Under the pieces are notes generated by a model. The model was given only the letters and a program-made list of their open reading frames with translations, made no database searches and was not told the DNA's origin. The position numbers were made by a program, and so were the translations under genes. This document shows, piece by piece, positions 40,536 to 52,434 of a DNA stretch of 64,000 nucleotides (position 1 is its first letter; each line of letters opens with the position of its first letter). The stretch is from Clostridium sp. (GTDB taxonomy: Bacteria; Bacillota; Clostridia; Clostridiales; Clostridiaceae): NCBI RefSeq assembly GCF_026168755.1, contig NZ_JAPFDR010000010.1:17487-81486 (forward strand). The letters are read 5' to 3'.

Positions 40536-41117
40536 ATGTTTTTTTTTGTAATCATTATTTTTTTAATATTAATTTTATTTATACCTATTCCTTTAAAGTT
40601 TAAGCTTCATTATTCAAAAGATATGTATTATATAAAATTTTATAATATTAATATAATATCTCATGATGATGGTATGCTTAAAAGTTTTTTAGATAAAAAA
40701 AAGAAAAAAGATATAAATATAAAAGATTCAAAAACAAAAAGTTCTAAACTTAAAGATTGTATTGATATTGATTCTAAGAAAAAAAATTTAAAACCTCTTA
40801 TAAAAACCATTTATATTACTCTAAAAAAAAATAAATTCAAACCATCAATAAAGTTTTCTAGTGATATTATTTATTCTCTAGGAGATGCAAGCAAAACTGC
40901 TATATGTTTGGGTCTATTTTATAATATTAACCCCATTTTAATTTATATTTTTTCTATATTATTTAAAGTTAAATTATTAAAGAATAATTTTAAGCCAATA
41001 TTTAAAGATGAAATACTATTTGAGTTTACAATAAGTAGTATAATTACCTTTAATTTAGCTCAAATTATTTATATATTCTTTATTATTTATAAATCTATTC
41101 GTAAAAATAGGAGGTGA
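40536..41117 (+). CDS. DUF2953 / YtfI-like protein
   Basis: Hydrophobic N-terminus, YSLGDASKTAICLG; directly upstream of ytfJ. Confidence 0.7.
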   Translation: MFFFVIIIFLILILFIPIPLKFKLHYSKDMYYIKFYNINIISHDDGMLKSFLDKKKKKDINIKDSKTKSSKLKDCIDIDSKKKNLKPLIKTIYITLKKNKFKPSIKFSSDIIYSLGDASKTAICLGLFYNINPILIYIFSILFKVKLLKNNFKPIFKDEILFEFTISSIITFNLAQIIYIFFIIYKSIRKNRR

Positions 41118-41139
41118 CTCCCTAAATATAGGGATTATT

Positions 41140-41547
41140 ATGACTGATAAACATGAATTAGAAAACTTAATGAGAAGCACTATGGAAAACTTACGTGATA
41201 TGATAGATGTTAATACTATAATTGGAGATGTTGTAGAAACTAGTGATGGTACTTCTATTGTTCCAATTTCTAAAGTTTCTTTTGGTTTTGCATCTGGTGG
41301 AAGTGAATTTGGTAATCATACTTCCCTAAGAAGAGAAGATGAAAAATATCCTTTTGGTGGTGGATCTGGTGCTGGAGTTAGTGTTAAACCAATTGCTTTT
41401 TTAATTATTAAAGATGGAATGGTAAGATTACAACCAGTTGATTATGATAATAGTGTCGATAGACTAGTTGACTCTATCCCTCAAGTTCTCGATATGGTAA
41501 AGGGATTCTTTAGTGATAAGAAAGTCGATAATAACGATATAGTATAA
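41140..41547 (+). CDS. ytfJ: GerW/YtfJ-family sporulation protein
   Basis: DVNTIIG...PISKVSFGFASGGSE...FGGGSGAGVSVKPIAFL. Confidence 0.92.
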   Translation: MTDKHELENLMRSTMENLRDMIDVNTIIGDVVETSDGTSIVPISKVSFGFASGGSEFGNHTSLRREDEKYPFGGGSGAGVSVKPIAFLIIKDGMVRLQPVDYDNSVDRLVDSIPQVLDMVKGFFSDKKVDNNDIV

Positions 41548-41590
41548 AAAAATATAGCTACTGAAAAAACTATTCAGTAGCTATATTTTT
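41547..41590. terminator. Bidirectional terminator between ytfJ and scpB
   Basis: aaaaatatagctactgaa / ttcagtagctatattttt. Confidence 0.8.
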
Positions 41591-42331
41591 TTATACTTCT
41601 TTATCTGATGCAACTTCTGCATCTTCTATATAATTTTCAGTGTTCTCATCTTGCATTTCATCATTAATATCTTCAGAGTTCATATCCTTAAGTGCTTGAT
41701 TTAGAACATCCATAGAGCTCTTAGCCTCTTCACCATTATACAAATCAAGTGATGGCAATTCTTTTAATGTTTCTAATCCGAATTGTCTTAAGAATTCATC
41801 TGTAGTTCCATAAAGTATAGGTCTGCCTGGAACTTCTAATCTTCCTATATCCTTTATCAATCCCTTTTCAACAAGCTTTTGAATAGCTGACTCTGATTTA
41901 ACACCTCTTATTTCATCTATATCAATACGTGTAATTGGTTGCTTATATGCTATAATTGCTAAGCTTTCTATAGATGCTTGTGAAAGTGAATGTCTTTTAT
42001 TCTTCTTTAATAACTTTTGAATATAATCTGAATTTTCACTTTTAGTAACTAGTTGATAAGCTCCATTTATACTTATTAATCTAATTCCTCTGCTTTCCTC
42101 TTCATACTCACTCATCATTTCTTTTATTATTTCTTCAACAACCTTATCCTTAATTTCTAAATTATTACTTAAATCTCTTAATGATAAAGGTTCTCCACTT
42201 ACAAATAGCATTGATTCTATAGCTGATTTTATATTGGCCTTTCTAGATAGCTCTTTAAATTCATACTGCTTCACATCAATATTACTCACTATCTCTCCTC
42301 CTCTTGATAAGTATATTTCCAAAACTCTCAT
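41591..42331 (-). CDS. scpB: SMC-Scp complex subunit ScpB
   Basis: IESMLFVSGEP, LAIIAYKQPITR, IRGV, GRPILYGTTDEFL; real start probably slightly downstream of the called one. Confidence 0.95.
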   Translation of the reverse strand: MRVLEIYLSRGGEIVSNIDVKQYEFKELSRKANIKSAIESMLFVSGEPLSLRDLSNNLEIKDKVVEEIIKEMMSEYEEESRGIRLISINGAYQLVTKSENSDYIQKLLKKNKRHSLSQASIESLAIIAYKQPITRIDIDEIRGVKSESAIQKLVEKGLIKDIGRLEVPGRPILYGTTDEFLRQFGLETLKELPSLDLYNGEEAKSSMDVLNQALKDMNSEDINDEMQDENTENYIEDAEVASDKEV

Positions 42332-43034
42332 CTTGATAGACGTTAATAGTTCTAATTTTTATAAGCTCAAGTAACGCTAAAAATGTAACTACAGTTTCAA
42401 GTTTACAAGAACTTTCTTTCATTAAATCCTCAAATCCAATTACTTTATTTGAATTAACTCTCTCTAAAAGCTCGTTCATTTTATCTTCAACTTTATACTT
42501 ATCTACGTATATTTTCTTTTGTACTACATTAAATTTATTTTGCTTTTCTCTATAGTTTTCTAATATTTTATTGTAAATATTATATAAATCTAATAATGTT
42601 ATATTTTTAAATATATCAACATTATTAACTGGTTCACTTTTAACTTCCTCAATTATTTCTGGCTTCTTACTATAAACATCGCCTTGATTTATATATCTCT
42701 CTTTAAAGAATTCAGATACTGATTTTATCTTCTTATACTCAATTAATTTTTCCATTAATCTCTTTTCAATATCTTCTTCATTTTCTTCCTCTTCTACTTT
42801 TATCTTAGGAAGAAGATTTTTTGATTTTATCTCTATTAATGTAGCTGCAACAACAATAAATTCTGATGTTATCTCAAGATCCATAACTTTTCTTGTATTA
42901 AGATACTCTAAATATTGATTTGTAACTTTATATATTTCTACATTATATATATCCATCTTATTCTTCTTTATAAGATGTAATAATAAATCAAAAGGTCCTT
43001 CAAAATCTGCCACTTTAATCTTTGGCAATTCCAT
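42282..43034 (-). CDS. scpA: Segregation and condensation protein ScpA
   Basis: FEGPFDLLLHLI, EIKSKNLLP, FLALLELIK. Confidence 0.95.
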   Translation of the reverse strand: MELPKIKVADFEGPFDLLLHLIKKNKMDIYNVEIYKVTNQYLEYLNTRKVMDLEITSEFIVVAATLIEIKSKNLLPKIKVEEEENEEDIEKRLMEKLIEYKKIKSVSEFFKERYINQGDVYSKKPEIIEEVKSEPVNNVDIFKNITLLDLYNIYNKILENYREKQNKFNVVQKKIYVDKYKVEDKMNELLERVNSNKVIGFEDLMKESSCKLETVVTFLALLELIKIRTINVYQDESFGNILIKRRRDSE

Positions 43035-43123
43035 TAATTCATCCCGCCTTTATGTTTTTATTATGCTAATTTTAAGGGTTTCATAACTTATATAATAACA
43101 ATTTTCTTTTAAAAGAACAAGCC

Positions 43124-43798
43124 TTAAAGATGCTCATGAAAATATATATCTTTAGGCTCATCTTGTAATGTGTAATCCTCTACTAAAACATAAAAATCAC
43201 TATCAAAACGTATCTTACCATAAATATTAATCCATTGCCCTTCTTCTAAATTAGATTTTATACCCTTTAATTTTATTTGTATTTTTTCCTTATCAGCTTG
43301 ACAGCATTTTATCACTTGCCTAGTTATAATCATAAAATCTGAATTATTTTCATCTTTATCAATATATCCTAAAAATAATATATTTTTCCCTTCATATTCA
43401 TCTTTATGTTCTTCAATTTTATTTAATATATCATAATTTTCACTATTTATAATTATTGCATCAGTATGATTTTTAAATAATAAATCATCATTTATATCCT
43501 CATTTCCTTTTAACAATGGGAAAAGGTATAATAATATTACTCCAATACACAATGTGAATGTTACAGGAATAAATTTATTTGTAGTTTCTACTCTCCTCTT
43601 TATTGTAAAAATTCTACCAAATTGAAATACAGTAAAAATACTTAATATTATTATGCTTAAATAGAAATAAATAATCATATCACTACTTACAAAATTAGTT
43701 ATATTTCCACTTCTTATTAAAAATACTATAGACAAATCTAATAATATTAATATAATAAACCATATTAACTCATCAATATTAAATTTCTTCATACACAC
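43124..43798 (-). CDS. TIGR03943/DUF1980-family membrane protein
   Basis: Three N-terminal TMs; RQVIKCCQAD motif; follows the permease. Confidence 0.7.
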   Translation of the reverse strand: MCMKKFNIDELIWFIILILLDLSIVFLIRSGNITNFVSSDMIIYFYLSIIILSIFTVFQFGRIFTIKRRVETTNKFIPVTFTLCIGVILLYLFPLLKGNEDINDDLLFKNHTDAIIINSENYDILNKIEEHKDEYEGKNILFLGYIDKDENNSDFMIITRQVIKCCQADKEKIQIKLKGIKSNLEEGQWINIYGKIRFDSDFYVLVEDYTLQDEPKDIYFHEHL

Positions 43799-43848
43799 CT
43801 CTTATATTAGTCAAAAGCTAAAAACTTAATTATCCAATATTTTTGAAT

Positions 43849-44757
43849 TTATACTACTGCTAAGCATATTCCAAATACAACTATACAAATTATTAAAAGT
43901 AATTGTAATACAAAGCTCTTTTTAAAAAAACCAAAAGATAATATTAAATTTTTTAAATCCATCATTGGCCCTAATATTAAAAATGCTATTACTGCCGCCA
44001 CTCCAAAATTATCCATAAATCCTTTTGCAACAAAGGCATCTGCTTCTGAACATAAAGATAATAAAAATCCTAATAGCATCATTATTCCTATTCCAGCTAC
44101 TTTTCCTGATGTCATATTATTAATTAAACTATCTTGAAGAAATACCACAAAAATACTTGAAAGAAGCGCCCCAAAAATAAAATAAACACTAATATTTAAA
44201 AACTCATTAGATGCATTTAAAAATAAATTTTTGATTTTACCTTTTAATGAAATATAATAATTATTACTAAAAGTACAACAATCACAGTAAAGAGCAACTT
44301 CTTCACTTTTTAAAACTTCTGTATTTTTCTTTTTATCATAAATGAATCCAACAATCCTTCCAACTATTAAAGCTCCTATTACTCCACCTATTGTTCTATA
44401 TATAGCAATATTAATATCATTTGGAAATGCATAATATGTAGACATAATTACAACAGGATTAACTATAGGAACTGCTGACATAAACGTTATTCCAACTCCT
44501 ATGGGTAATCCTTTTTTTATTAAACTTCTTGTAATTGGAACTATTGCACATTCACATACTGGAAAAAGTATTCCTGATATAGCTGCTATAAAATATGCTA
44601 TGATACTATTTTTAGGAATTATTTTTTTTATTAATTCATCTGATACGTAAATTTGAATTAAAGCTGATAATACTGCTCCTATTAATAGAAACGGTAATGC
44701 TTCAACGATAATCCCTAGGTAACTCCACATCCATGATTCAAATTTACTTATACTCAC
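43849..44757 (-). CDS. DUF318-type predicted permease
   Basis: PVCECAIVP, SLCSEADAF, GPMMD. Confidence 0.85.
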   Translation of the reverse strand: MSISKFESWMWSYLGIIVEALPFLLIGAVLSALIQIYVSDELIKKIIPKNSIIAYFIAAISGILFPVCECAIVPITRSLIKKGLPIGVGITFMSAVPIVNPVVIMSTYYAFPNDINIAIYRTIGGVIGALIVGRIVGFIYDKKKNTEVLKSEEVALYCDCCTFSNNYYISLKGKIKNLFLNASNEFLNISVYFIFGALLSSIFVVFLQDSLINNMTSGKVAGIGIMMLLGFLLSLCSEADAFVAKGFMDNFGVAAVIAFLILGPMMDLKNLILSFGFFKKSFVLQLLLIICIVVFGICLAVV

Positions 44758-44773
44758 TTTCTCACCCGCTATC

Positions 44774-45409
44774 TTACTTTCTCATATACTCTATTAATTT
44801 TACCCTCATATTTCTTACTAGCTTTTCCTCTAACAACTTACTATTTTCTAAGGCTAAATTAAAATCATTATTGCCTTCTGTTTTTATTATTTGTGCCTTA
44901 TGATTTAAACTTTCCAATAGTTTAACCCCCTTTTCTACTTCCAAACTTTTTTCTACATTATAATTATTAATTACAATTACATCACTATTTTGTATAAATG
45001 GTAATAATATTTCTCCCATATTCATAACATAGAACTCAATTTTTCTTCCATCACAAATAAAATAAATAGTTGAAAGCTTTATAAATTTACCTGTTTCATT
45101 ATCAAATACGCACTTATATAAATGCTCTAATGTATCTGTTCCGTTATATTCTATAATTATTCTATGAGGTTTATATTTTTTTACTATTTCATAAATTTCA
45201 TTATTAATTTCTAGACTATCCCCCATAAAACTAATATGTTTTACACTTTGTCCATTTTCATTAAATTCATTTATTTGAGTCTTGCCACTTTCACAAGTAA
45301 CAACAACTATTTTTTCTTTATCTGCAATTGTTTTATTTATTAAGGAATTAATAAAGGCTGACTTACCAGCCCCTAAAAATCCAGTAACTACATCTATGCC
45401 AACCTTCAT
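44774..45409 (-). CDS. CobW/COG0523-like GTP-binding protein (lacks CxCC)
   Basis: GFLGAGKS, IIEYNG. Confidence 0.75.
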   Translation of the reverse strand: MKVGIDVVTGFLGAGKSAFINSLINKTIADKEKIVVVTCESGKTQINEFNENGQSVKHISFMGDSLEINNEIYEIVKKYKPHRIIIEYNGTDTLEHLYKCVFDNETGKFIKLSTIYFICDGRKIEFYVMNMGEILLPFIQNSDVIVINNYNVEKSLEVEKGVKLLESLNHKAQIIKTEGNNDFNLALENSKLLEEKLVRNMRVKLIEYMRK

Positions 45410-45448
45410 TTCTCCACCTTCTTAACTAATTAAAATTTTGACTTTTAC

Positions 45449-46399
45449 TTATAAGAAAAACTTCTTAATCTTCTCTTTATCTAAGTTCGTCCCAATAAAT
45501 GAAATAACAGTTTCTCCTCTATATGCTATCTTTTGCATATTTATTTCAGATAAGGTGTAATCAAATTGTTCTTTACCATTTTTAGTATTAACAATCCCCT
45601 TTGCCCTAATTATTTCACCAAATTCAAAACTACTTTTTATAAAATTAAACTTACTTAATAATTCCTCTCTAGATACATCTCTATCTATTTTTAAAGCAAA
45701 GCTTTCAAATAAATTTTCTTCACTTTTTTCCTTTTTAATATTTCCATAATTGAGATTACTCTTTCTAAAGTTAGCTTTTTCCTTTACATAGCTTCTATCA
45801 TTAAAGAAAAATACTTTTGGAATTAACTCCTCTGATTTTGTATTATCCCATTGTTTTCCCATTATTATTGCCTTAGAATTTAATTTATTGATTTCAGATT
45901 GTAATCTTCTCACTTCTTCATTACTAATATTTTGAGTTCTACTTAAAATTATAATATCTGCATTTTTTATCTGGTTAATAAAAAAACTCTTAAAGTTAGT
46001 TAAGTACAAATCAAACTTTTCTGCATCTACTACAGTTATAGATTTCTCTACTTCTGCTATACCCTTAAATTCTTTTTCAGTAAATACCTTTTTTATGTCA
46101 CTTAATTTAGCAACTCCTGTTGGTTCAACTAATAATCTATCTACATTGCAATTTTCCACAACATCTAATATTGATTCTTTAAAATCTCCAGTAACTTGAC
46201 AACAAATGCATCCTGCATTTATCTCTTTTACTAAAGTATTTGTTCTTTTTAAAACTGCACCATCAATACTTACTTCTCCAAATTCATTTTCAATTATGGC
46301 AATTTTCTCTTTATAATAACCTTCTTCTATAAGCTTTTTAATTAATTGTGTTTTTCCTGCTCCAAGAAACCCTGAAAAAATCTCTACTTTAACACTCAT
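45449..46399 (-). CDS. CobW/COG0523 metallochaperone GTPase
   Basis: GFLGAGKT, ENEFG, GCICC, EPTG, C-terminal RAKG. Confidence 0.9.
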   Translation of the reverse strand: MSVKVEIFSGFLGAGKTQLIKKLIEEGYYKEKIAIIENEFGEVSIDGAVLKRTNTLVKEINAGCICCQVTGDFKESILDVVENCNVDRLLVEPTGVAKLSDIKKVFTEKEFKGIAEVEKSITVVDAEKFDLYLTNFKSFFINQIKNADIIILSRTQNISNEEVRRLQSEINKLNSKAIIMGKQWDNTKSEELIPKVFFFNDRSYVKEKANFRKSNLNYGNIKKEKSEENLFESFALKIDRDVSREELLSKFNFIKSSFEFGEIIRAKGIVNTKNGKEQFDYTLSEINMQKIAYRGETVISFIGTNLDKEKIKKFFL

Positions 46400-46558
46400 A
46401 ACTCATTACTTTCCCTTATTATTGTTCTCAAAAAATTCTATGATTTATATGTAATATTTATGCAAATTTTATTTCTTAAAGAATACTGAATATTAAATTT
46501 ATCTTATACATATAATAATATTGTAAACGTATCTCTGAGTTGTGAACGTTATACAACA

Positions 46559-46589
46559 AAAAGGAGCTGCTATTTAGCAACTCCTTTTT
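46559..46589 (-). terminator. Terminator after mgsA
   Basis: aaaggag.tgct / agca.ctccttt hairpin. Confidence 0.7.
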
Positions 46590-46607
46590 ACTTATATTTT
46601 ATTATTC

Positions 46608-46973
46608 TTATTTGTGCAAAGCATCTAAAACTAATTGAGCTGTAGAAATATTTGTTGCAAGTGGTATTGCGTATACATCACATAATCTTAGTAATGCATT
46701 AATATCTGGCTCATGTGGCTGTGATGTTAATGGATCTCTTAAGAATATAACTAAATCTAGCTTTTGCTCTGAAACTAGAGCTCCTATTTGTTGATCTCCA
46801 CCAAGTGGCCCACTTTTTAATCTATGAATCTCTAAATTAGTATTTTCCATTATTCTTAGACCAGTAGTTCCTGTTGCATAAAGTTCTAATTTAGATAATC
46901 TTTCCTCATTTGCTTTTGCAAAATTAACCATTTCGTCTTTTTTCTTATCATGTGCAATTAATGCTACTCTCAT
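46608..46973 (-). CDS. mgsA: Methylglyoxal synthase
   Basis: [36 protein letters not shown]. Confidence 0.97.
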   Translation of the reverse strand: MRVALIAHDKKKDEMVNFAKANEERLSKLELYATGTTGLRIMENTNLEIHRLKSGPLGGDQQIGALVSEQKLDLVIFLRDPLTSQPHEPDINALLRLCDVYAIPLATNISTAQLVLDALHK

Positions 46974-47028
46974 TTGTACTCTCTCCCTCTTCTACTAAAC
47001 TTTATATAAATTTTAATTTATAACTTAA

Positions 47029-47640
47029 TTATTTTTTTGAAACATATATGTTATCTTTTATATAGAATCTCCATAAGAAATCTTTTGCCTCTTCAGCATA
47101 ATCTATTCCTATTCTCTTGCTTTCAACAATTTCAAAGTTTTCATTATTATCATCAGTAATATATACTGCTCCCTTTTCATAAAGCTTTACTGCATTTAAA
47201 TCCTTATTTAATAAATAAGCTAAACATAACTTTGATGGACCATTAGTTAAATTTTTTGATTGAACTTTTGTAAGTTCATCATATCTCTTATTATACCGTA
47301 TATTAGAAATATAATCTAGTTCATTAATTGGTTCAATAGCTCGAATTAAAACAGCTTCAGCTACATCTTTTTTATTAGTAACAACGTTAAAGCAATGATA
47401 TAAGCCATATATAAAATAAATATATGAAACTCCTGCATCCTCATATAATATTTCTGTACGCTTAGTTCTACGTCCATTATATGCATGACACGCTTTATCT
47501 ATAGCTCCTATATAAGCTTCTGTTTCAACTATTTTTCCTTTTAGAACTTTACCGTCAACTTCTCTAACTAATACTTTTCCAAGTAAATCTTGTGCAACCT
47601 CTAGAGCACTTCTATTATAAAACTCTTTACTTATAATCAT
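47029..47640 (-). CDS. DNA-3-methyladenine glycosylase (MPG family)
   Basis: [31 protein letters not shown]. Confidence 0.93.
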   Translation of the reverse strand: MIISKEFYNRSALEVAQDLLGKVLVREVDGKVLKGKIVETEAYIGAIDKACHAYNGRRTKRTEILYEDAGVSYIYFIYGLYHCFNVVTNKKDVAEAVLIRAIEPINELDYISNIRYNKRYDELTKVQSKNLTNGPSKLCLAYLLNKDLNAVKLYEKGAVYITDDNNENFEIVESKRIGIDYAEEAKDFLWRFYIKDNIYVSKK

Positions 47641-47789
47641 TTGTATCTCCTAAATTCAAATAAATCTATATTATTATTATTAATAGTATTTCTTATAATA
47701 ACTATTAAAATACTTCCTTATTTAACCTTCGCACCACATTCACCACAGAATTTTTCTCCTTCAATTAAGCTTTCACTACAATTTTTGAT

Positions 47790-48422
47790 TTATAATATTG
47801 ATCCATATAATTTATCTTCTTTTGTATATACAGTAACAGTAAATGTTCCTAATGGTCTAAAGTTTCCATTAGTAGCAGATAAGTATCCTCTAAATTCTAA
47901 CGTTACTTGATCTTCCAGCTTCTCTTGTAAAATTACTTTATCTATTTTAAAGTAAACTGGATCATTTTCACCTATTCCAAATTGTTCTCCTAAAAAATAT
48001 ACATTTTGCATAACACTTTCTTTTTCTTCACCTGAAATTAACTCAACTTCATCACTTGTGCTATCCCATTCACTTACAATAAAATCATATACTCCTTGAT
48101 TTTTAGCTAAATATTCTGTTAATAAATTTAATCCAAAATCTACTTCCTTATATTCACCTTCAACGTATGGAATATCTCCATAATCATGATATATTAAATC
48201 TCCATTATTTAGAATATTTATGTCTTTACTAGATTCATATATTTTTCCAAGCGCGGTAAACTGTGTATATACCTTAGGTTCTTCTACTACCTCTTCAGTT
48301 TCTGTAACTTCATTATTTATATTATCATTGATATTTACATTATTCTTATTATTACCTGAACAACCAGTTAATAATCCTAACATAATAATTGCACATATTA
48401 TCTTTTTATTCAAAATACTCAC
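47790..48422 (-). CDS. Hypothetical lipoprotein
   Basis: Lipobox LLTGC after a basic/hydrophobic leader. Confidence 0.7.
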   Translation of the reverse strand: MSILNKKIICAIIMLGLLTGCSGNNKNNVNINDNINNEVTETEEVVEEPKVYTQFTALGKIYESSKDINILNNGDLIYHDYGDIPYVEGEYKEVDFGLNLLTEYLAKNQGVYDFIVSEWDSTSDEVELISGEEKESVMQNVYFLGEQFGIGENDPVYFKIDKVILQEKLEDQVTLEFRGYLSATNGNFRPLGTFTVTVYTKEDKLYGSIL

Positions 48423-48508
48423 CTTCCCATATTTACATTTTAATATAAAAAAAGAGATTAATCCATTATATTAAATGTTTTAATCTCTTTGAAATATATT
48501 AATTTTCT

Positions 48509-49723
48509 TTAAACACCTTTTTTAAATAAATTTTTCATATTATCCTTTAAGTTATCTATGAATCCGCCTTTTTCAACGTCTCTATCACAATATAAATCAA
48601 CTTCTCCAACTTTTTGATCCCCTAGATATACTTCACATTTTCCTACAACTTCACCTTCTGTATAGCTAGCTTTCATTTCATCTAGTACTATTTTGTTTAT
48701 TGGTTCTCCATCGCTACCCTTTAAAGTAACAACGATTAAATCATCTTTTGCTTTTGCTATAAAGAATCTATCATTGCTCTTACCTAAATAAACAGTTTCT
48801 ACATCATCATCTTTATTAAATAATTTCTTTCCTTCGTATTTAGAAAATCCATAATTCATTAGCATACTTGCATCACGGTTTCTAACTTTATATGTTGGAG
48901 CTCCCATTATTACTGCAAGCATTCTAACATTATTCCTAACTGATGTAGCACTTATACAATATTTAGCTTCTTGTGTAAAGCCTGTTTTTAATCCATCACA
49001 GCCATCAAAGAAACGAACTAATTTATTATGATTTACTAATTCTATTGGGCTTTTTCTTCCTTCAGATATAGTATCCATATATGTGCCACTATATTTTAAT
49101 ATAGTGGGATGCTTTAATAATTCTAATGACATTATAGAAATATCTCTTGCAGTTGTTACATGACCTTCTTCTGGTAAGCCATTACAATTTTTAAATGTTG
49201 TATTTGTCATACCTAATTCTTTAGCACGTTCATTCATAGCCTTTACAAATTCATCTGTTGAACCAGCTAAAAATTCTGCCATAGCAACAGCAGCATCATT
49301 TCCTGATGCAATAGCTATACCTTTTAGTATGTCTTCTACTGTTCTAACTTCACCAACATCAAGAAGCATAGTGCTTCCACCCATTTTCTTGGCATTTTCA
49401 CTACAAATAATCTTGTCATCCAAGCTTATTTTTCCACTATCTACAGCTTCCATTGCAAGTAACATTGTCATTATCTTTGTAACAGATGCTGGCGCAAATT
49501 TTTCGTCTGGATTCTTTTCATACAATACTGCTCCACTTATAGGCTCAATAAGTATTGCAGATTTTGCATCTACATTCATTCCATCTTCTAAACATGCAGT
49601 ATAAACATCATTTGGATATTCCTCCTCTGAAGCTTCCTTAACTGCAGCAATTGGAACAACTGTATTTAAACATAATAAACATAAAAGAATAATAGAGATT
49701 TTGTTAAATATTTTCTTTTTCAT
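48509..49723 (-). CDS. dacF: D-Ala-D-Ala carboxypeptidase DacF-like
   Basis: SVTK, SGN, KTG and a PBP5 C-terminal domain; position after pdp. Confidence 0.8.
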   Translation of the reverse strand: MKKKIFNKISIILLCLLCLNTVVPIAAVKEASEEEYPNDVYTACLEDGMNVDAKSAILIEPISGAVLYEKNPDEKFAPASVTKIMTMLLAMEAVDSGKISLDDKIICSENAKKMGGSTMLLDVGEVRTVEDILKGIAIASGNDAAVAMAEFLAGSTDEFVKAMNERAKELGMTNTTFKNCNGLPEEGHVTTARDISIMSLELLKHPTILKYSGTYMDTISEGRKSPIELVNHNKLVRFFDGCDGLKTGFTQEAKYCISATSVRNNVRMLAVIMGAPTYKVRNRDASMLMNYGFSKYEGKKLFNKDDDVETVYLGKSNDRFFIAKAKDDLIVVTLKGSDGEPINKIVLDEMKASYTEGEVVGKCEVYLGDQKVGEVDLYCDRDVEKGGFIDNLKDNMKNLFKKGV

Positions 49724-49895
49724 TTGTTCTCCTCCTTTTAAGCTTATTATTTCCTAAAAAAATAAAAATATGATAAAAAGAATTTAACATTCTTTTTATC
49801 ATATTTTATAAACATTAAGTTATTATAAAACTTATTTAGATTGCCAGAATCCCCTTCAGTAATTCTAACTTAAATCTAAAAGTCGCTTAATAAAA

Positions 49896-51200
49896 CTATC
49901 TTACTATATCATATATTAATGGTATATTTAAATCATAATTATCTTCAATAACTATATTTTCTAAAATACTTTTTCTAGCCTTTTCAATTTTCTCCTCACT
50001 ATTTGAGTGTATGTATGCTAGAACATCTCCTTTATTGACCTTTTCGCCTCTTTTCTTATTTAAAACAATACCTACAGCTAAATCAATTTCACTTTCTTTA
50101 GTTGCACGCCCTGCGCCTAATTCCATAGCTATAAGGCCAAATGCTTCTGCATGAATTTTTGTTATATAACCATCTACAGGTGAAGTAACTTTCTCTACAT
50201 ATTTTGCTTGAGGGAACTTGCTATAATCATCAATTGGGCTAATATCTCCACCTTGCGCCTTAACAAAGTCTTTAAGCTTTTCTAGCCCTTTTCCATTTTC
50301 TATATTTTCCATAAGCATTTTTCTTGCTTCTTCTTCACTTTCTGCCATCTTAGCACAAAGTAACATATTTGAACCAATTGTTAATGTTAACTCTAAAAGA
50401 TCTTTAGGACCATTGCCTTTTAATAATTCTATAGCTTCTATAACTTCTAAGCTATTTCCAATAGCATATCCTAAAGGTTGATCCATATCAGATATAACCC
50501 CAATAGTTTCTCTTCCTAAATGCTTTCCTATATCAACCATTTCTTGTGCTAGTTCTTTAGCTGTTTCTGGTGTTTTCATAAATGCACCATCACCAACCTT
50601 AACATCTAAAACTATTGCATCTGCACCTGAAGCTAATTTCTTACTCATTATGCTTGATGCTATTAATGACATATTATCGACTGTTGCAGTAACATCTCTT
50701 AATGCATATAATTTTTTATCTGCTGGAACTAAGTTTCCACTTTGCCCCATTATAGCAATATTAATTTTATTAACATTTTCCATAAACTGTTCTTCTGTTA
50801 GTTCAACTGAAAATCCCTTAAATGTTTCTAGCTTATCAATAGTTCCTCCAGTATGACCAAGTCCTCTTCCTGACATTTTTGCAACTGGAATTCCAAGTGA
50901 TGCTACTAAAGGAGTTAAACAAATTGAAGTTTTATCTCCAACTCCACCTGTAGAGTGTTTATCTACCTTTACACCTTTTATATTACTTAAATCTATTTTA
51001 TCTCCAGACTCAACCATAGAATTAGTTAAATCTGCTGTTTCTCTCTTATTCATCTTATTAAAGAAAATTGCCATAAGCATTGCTGATGCTTGATAATCTG
51101 GGATTTCCTCTTTAGTAAATCCATCAACAAAAAAGTTAATTTCTTCTGTTGTTAATTCTTCACCTTTTCTTTTCTTCATAATTAAATCATACATTCTCAT
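49896..51200 (-). CDS. pdp: Pyrimidine-nucleoside phosphorylase
   Basis: [29 protein letters not shown]. Confidence 0.96.
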   Translation of the reverse strand: MRMYDLIMKKRKGEELTTEEINFFVDGFTKEEIPDYQASAMLMAIFFNKMNKRETADLTNSMVESGDKIDLSNIKGVKVDKHSTGGVGDKTSICLTPLVASLGIPVAKMSGRGLGHTGGTIDKLETFKGFSVELTEEQFMENVNKINIAIMGQSGNLVPADKKLYALRDVTATVDNMSLIASSIMSKKLASGADAIVLDVKVGDGAFMKTPETAKELAQEMVDIGKHLGRETIGVISDMDQPLGYAIGNSLEVIEAIELLKGNGPKDLLELTLTIGSNMLLCAKMAESEEEARKMLMENIENGKGLEKLKDFVKAQGGDISPIDDYSKFPQAKYVEKVTSPVDGYITKIHAEAFGLIAMELGAGRATKESEIDLAVGIVLNKKRGEKVNKGDVLAYIHSNSEEKIEKARKSILENIVIEDNYDLNIPLIYDIVR

Positions 51201-51218
51201 AAGTCATTTCTCCTCCAG

Positions 51219-52391
51219 CTACTTTATTATATCCTTCAAGAAACTTTTACCTACTAATTCATTTTGTACATTAAAGAAATCTAATATAGTTTTTCCTATA
51301 TCAGCGAATGTTTCTCTTGTTCCAATGTTAACACCTGGTTTAACACTTTTACCATATACAAGAACTGGTATATGTTCTCTTGAATGATCTGTACTGCTAG
51401 TAGTTGGATCGCAGCCGTGGTCTGCTGTAATTATAAGAATATCTTCTTCCTCCATTTTACTATAGATTTCTTGTAATCTATTATCAAAATCTTCAAGTGC
51501 TTTTCCATATCCAGCTGGATCATTTCTATGTCCATACAACATATCAAAGTCAACTAAATTTGTAAAGATAAGTCCTTCTTTTACAGTGTCCATATATTCT
51601 AAAGTCTTATCTACACCATCCATATTGCTCTTAGTATGAACCGCACTTGTAATACCCTTTTTATTATAAATATCTTCTATTTTACCAACAGCTGCAACTT
51701 CATAATTTGCATCCTTTAAATATTCAAGCATAGTTTTATTAAATGGATCTAATGCATAATCTCTTCTGTTAGAAGTTCTTTTAAAGCTTGGAGCTTCACC
51801 AATGAAAGGTCTTGCAATAACTCTTCCTACTGCCCACTTATCAACAAGCATATTTCTTGCTATTTCACACATTTCATACAACTTCTCAACTGGAATAACA
51901 TCCTCATGCGCAGCAATTTGGAATACGCTATCTGCAGAAGTATATATAATAGGATATCCAGTTTTTACATGCTCTTCTCCCAAATCTTCAATTATTTGAG
52001 TTCCTGAAGCTACTATATTACCTAATATACCTTCAATATTTGCTCTTTTCTTAAATTCATTTATTATATCATCAGAAAATCCTTCTGGATAAGTATTTAA
52101 AGGTTCTTCAAGTATAACTCCACTTATCTCCCAATGTCCTGTTACTGTGTCCTTTCCCTTAGATGCTTCTTCACATCTACCAAATGATCCTATTGCATTA
52201 TCACATTTTTTAGGGCCATTTACACCTTCTATATTACCTATTCCTAGTTTCTCTAATTCATTTATTTTAATACCCTTGCATGTTTTATATACATTGTCTA
52301 ATGTATGACTTCCTTCATCTCCATAACTTTTGGCATCTTTTAATTCTCCAACTCCAACACTATCTAATACTATTAATATAGCTCTTTTCAT
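51219..52391 (-). CDS. deoB: Phosphopentomutase
   Basis: [37 protein letters not shown]. Confidence 0.97.
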   Translation of the reverse strand: MKRAILIVLDSVGVGELKDAKSYGDEGSHTLDNVYKTCKGIKINELEKLGIGNIEGVNGPKKCDNAIGSFGRCEEASKGKDTVTGHWEISGVILEEPLNTYPEGFSDDIINEFKKRANIEGILGNIVASGTQIIEDLGEEHVKTGYPIIYTSADSVFQIAAHEDVIPVEKLYEMCEIARNMLVDKWAVGRVIARPFIGEAPSFKRTSNRRDYALDPFNKTMLEYLKDANYEVAAVGKIEDIYNKKGITSAVHTKSNMDGVDKTLEYMDTVKEGLIFTNLVDFDMLYGHRNDPAGYGKALEDFDNRLQEIYSKMEEEDILIITADHGCDPTTSSTDHSREHIPVLVYGKSVKPGVNIGTRETFADIGKTILDFFNVQNELVGKSFLKDIIK

Positions 52392-52434
52392 ATTGTTTTC
52401 TCCTTTCGTATATAAAGCCCCTTTTTCAAAGCTC

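Noticed and set aside
46445-46470. Zur/Fur box upstream of the CobW cluster
   Set aside because: Only a half-site (GTAAT) matches; not distinguishable from AT-rich background.
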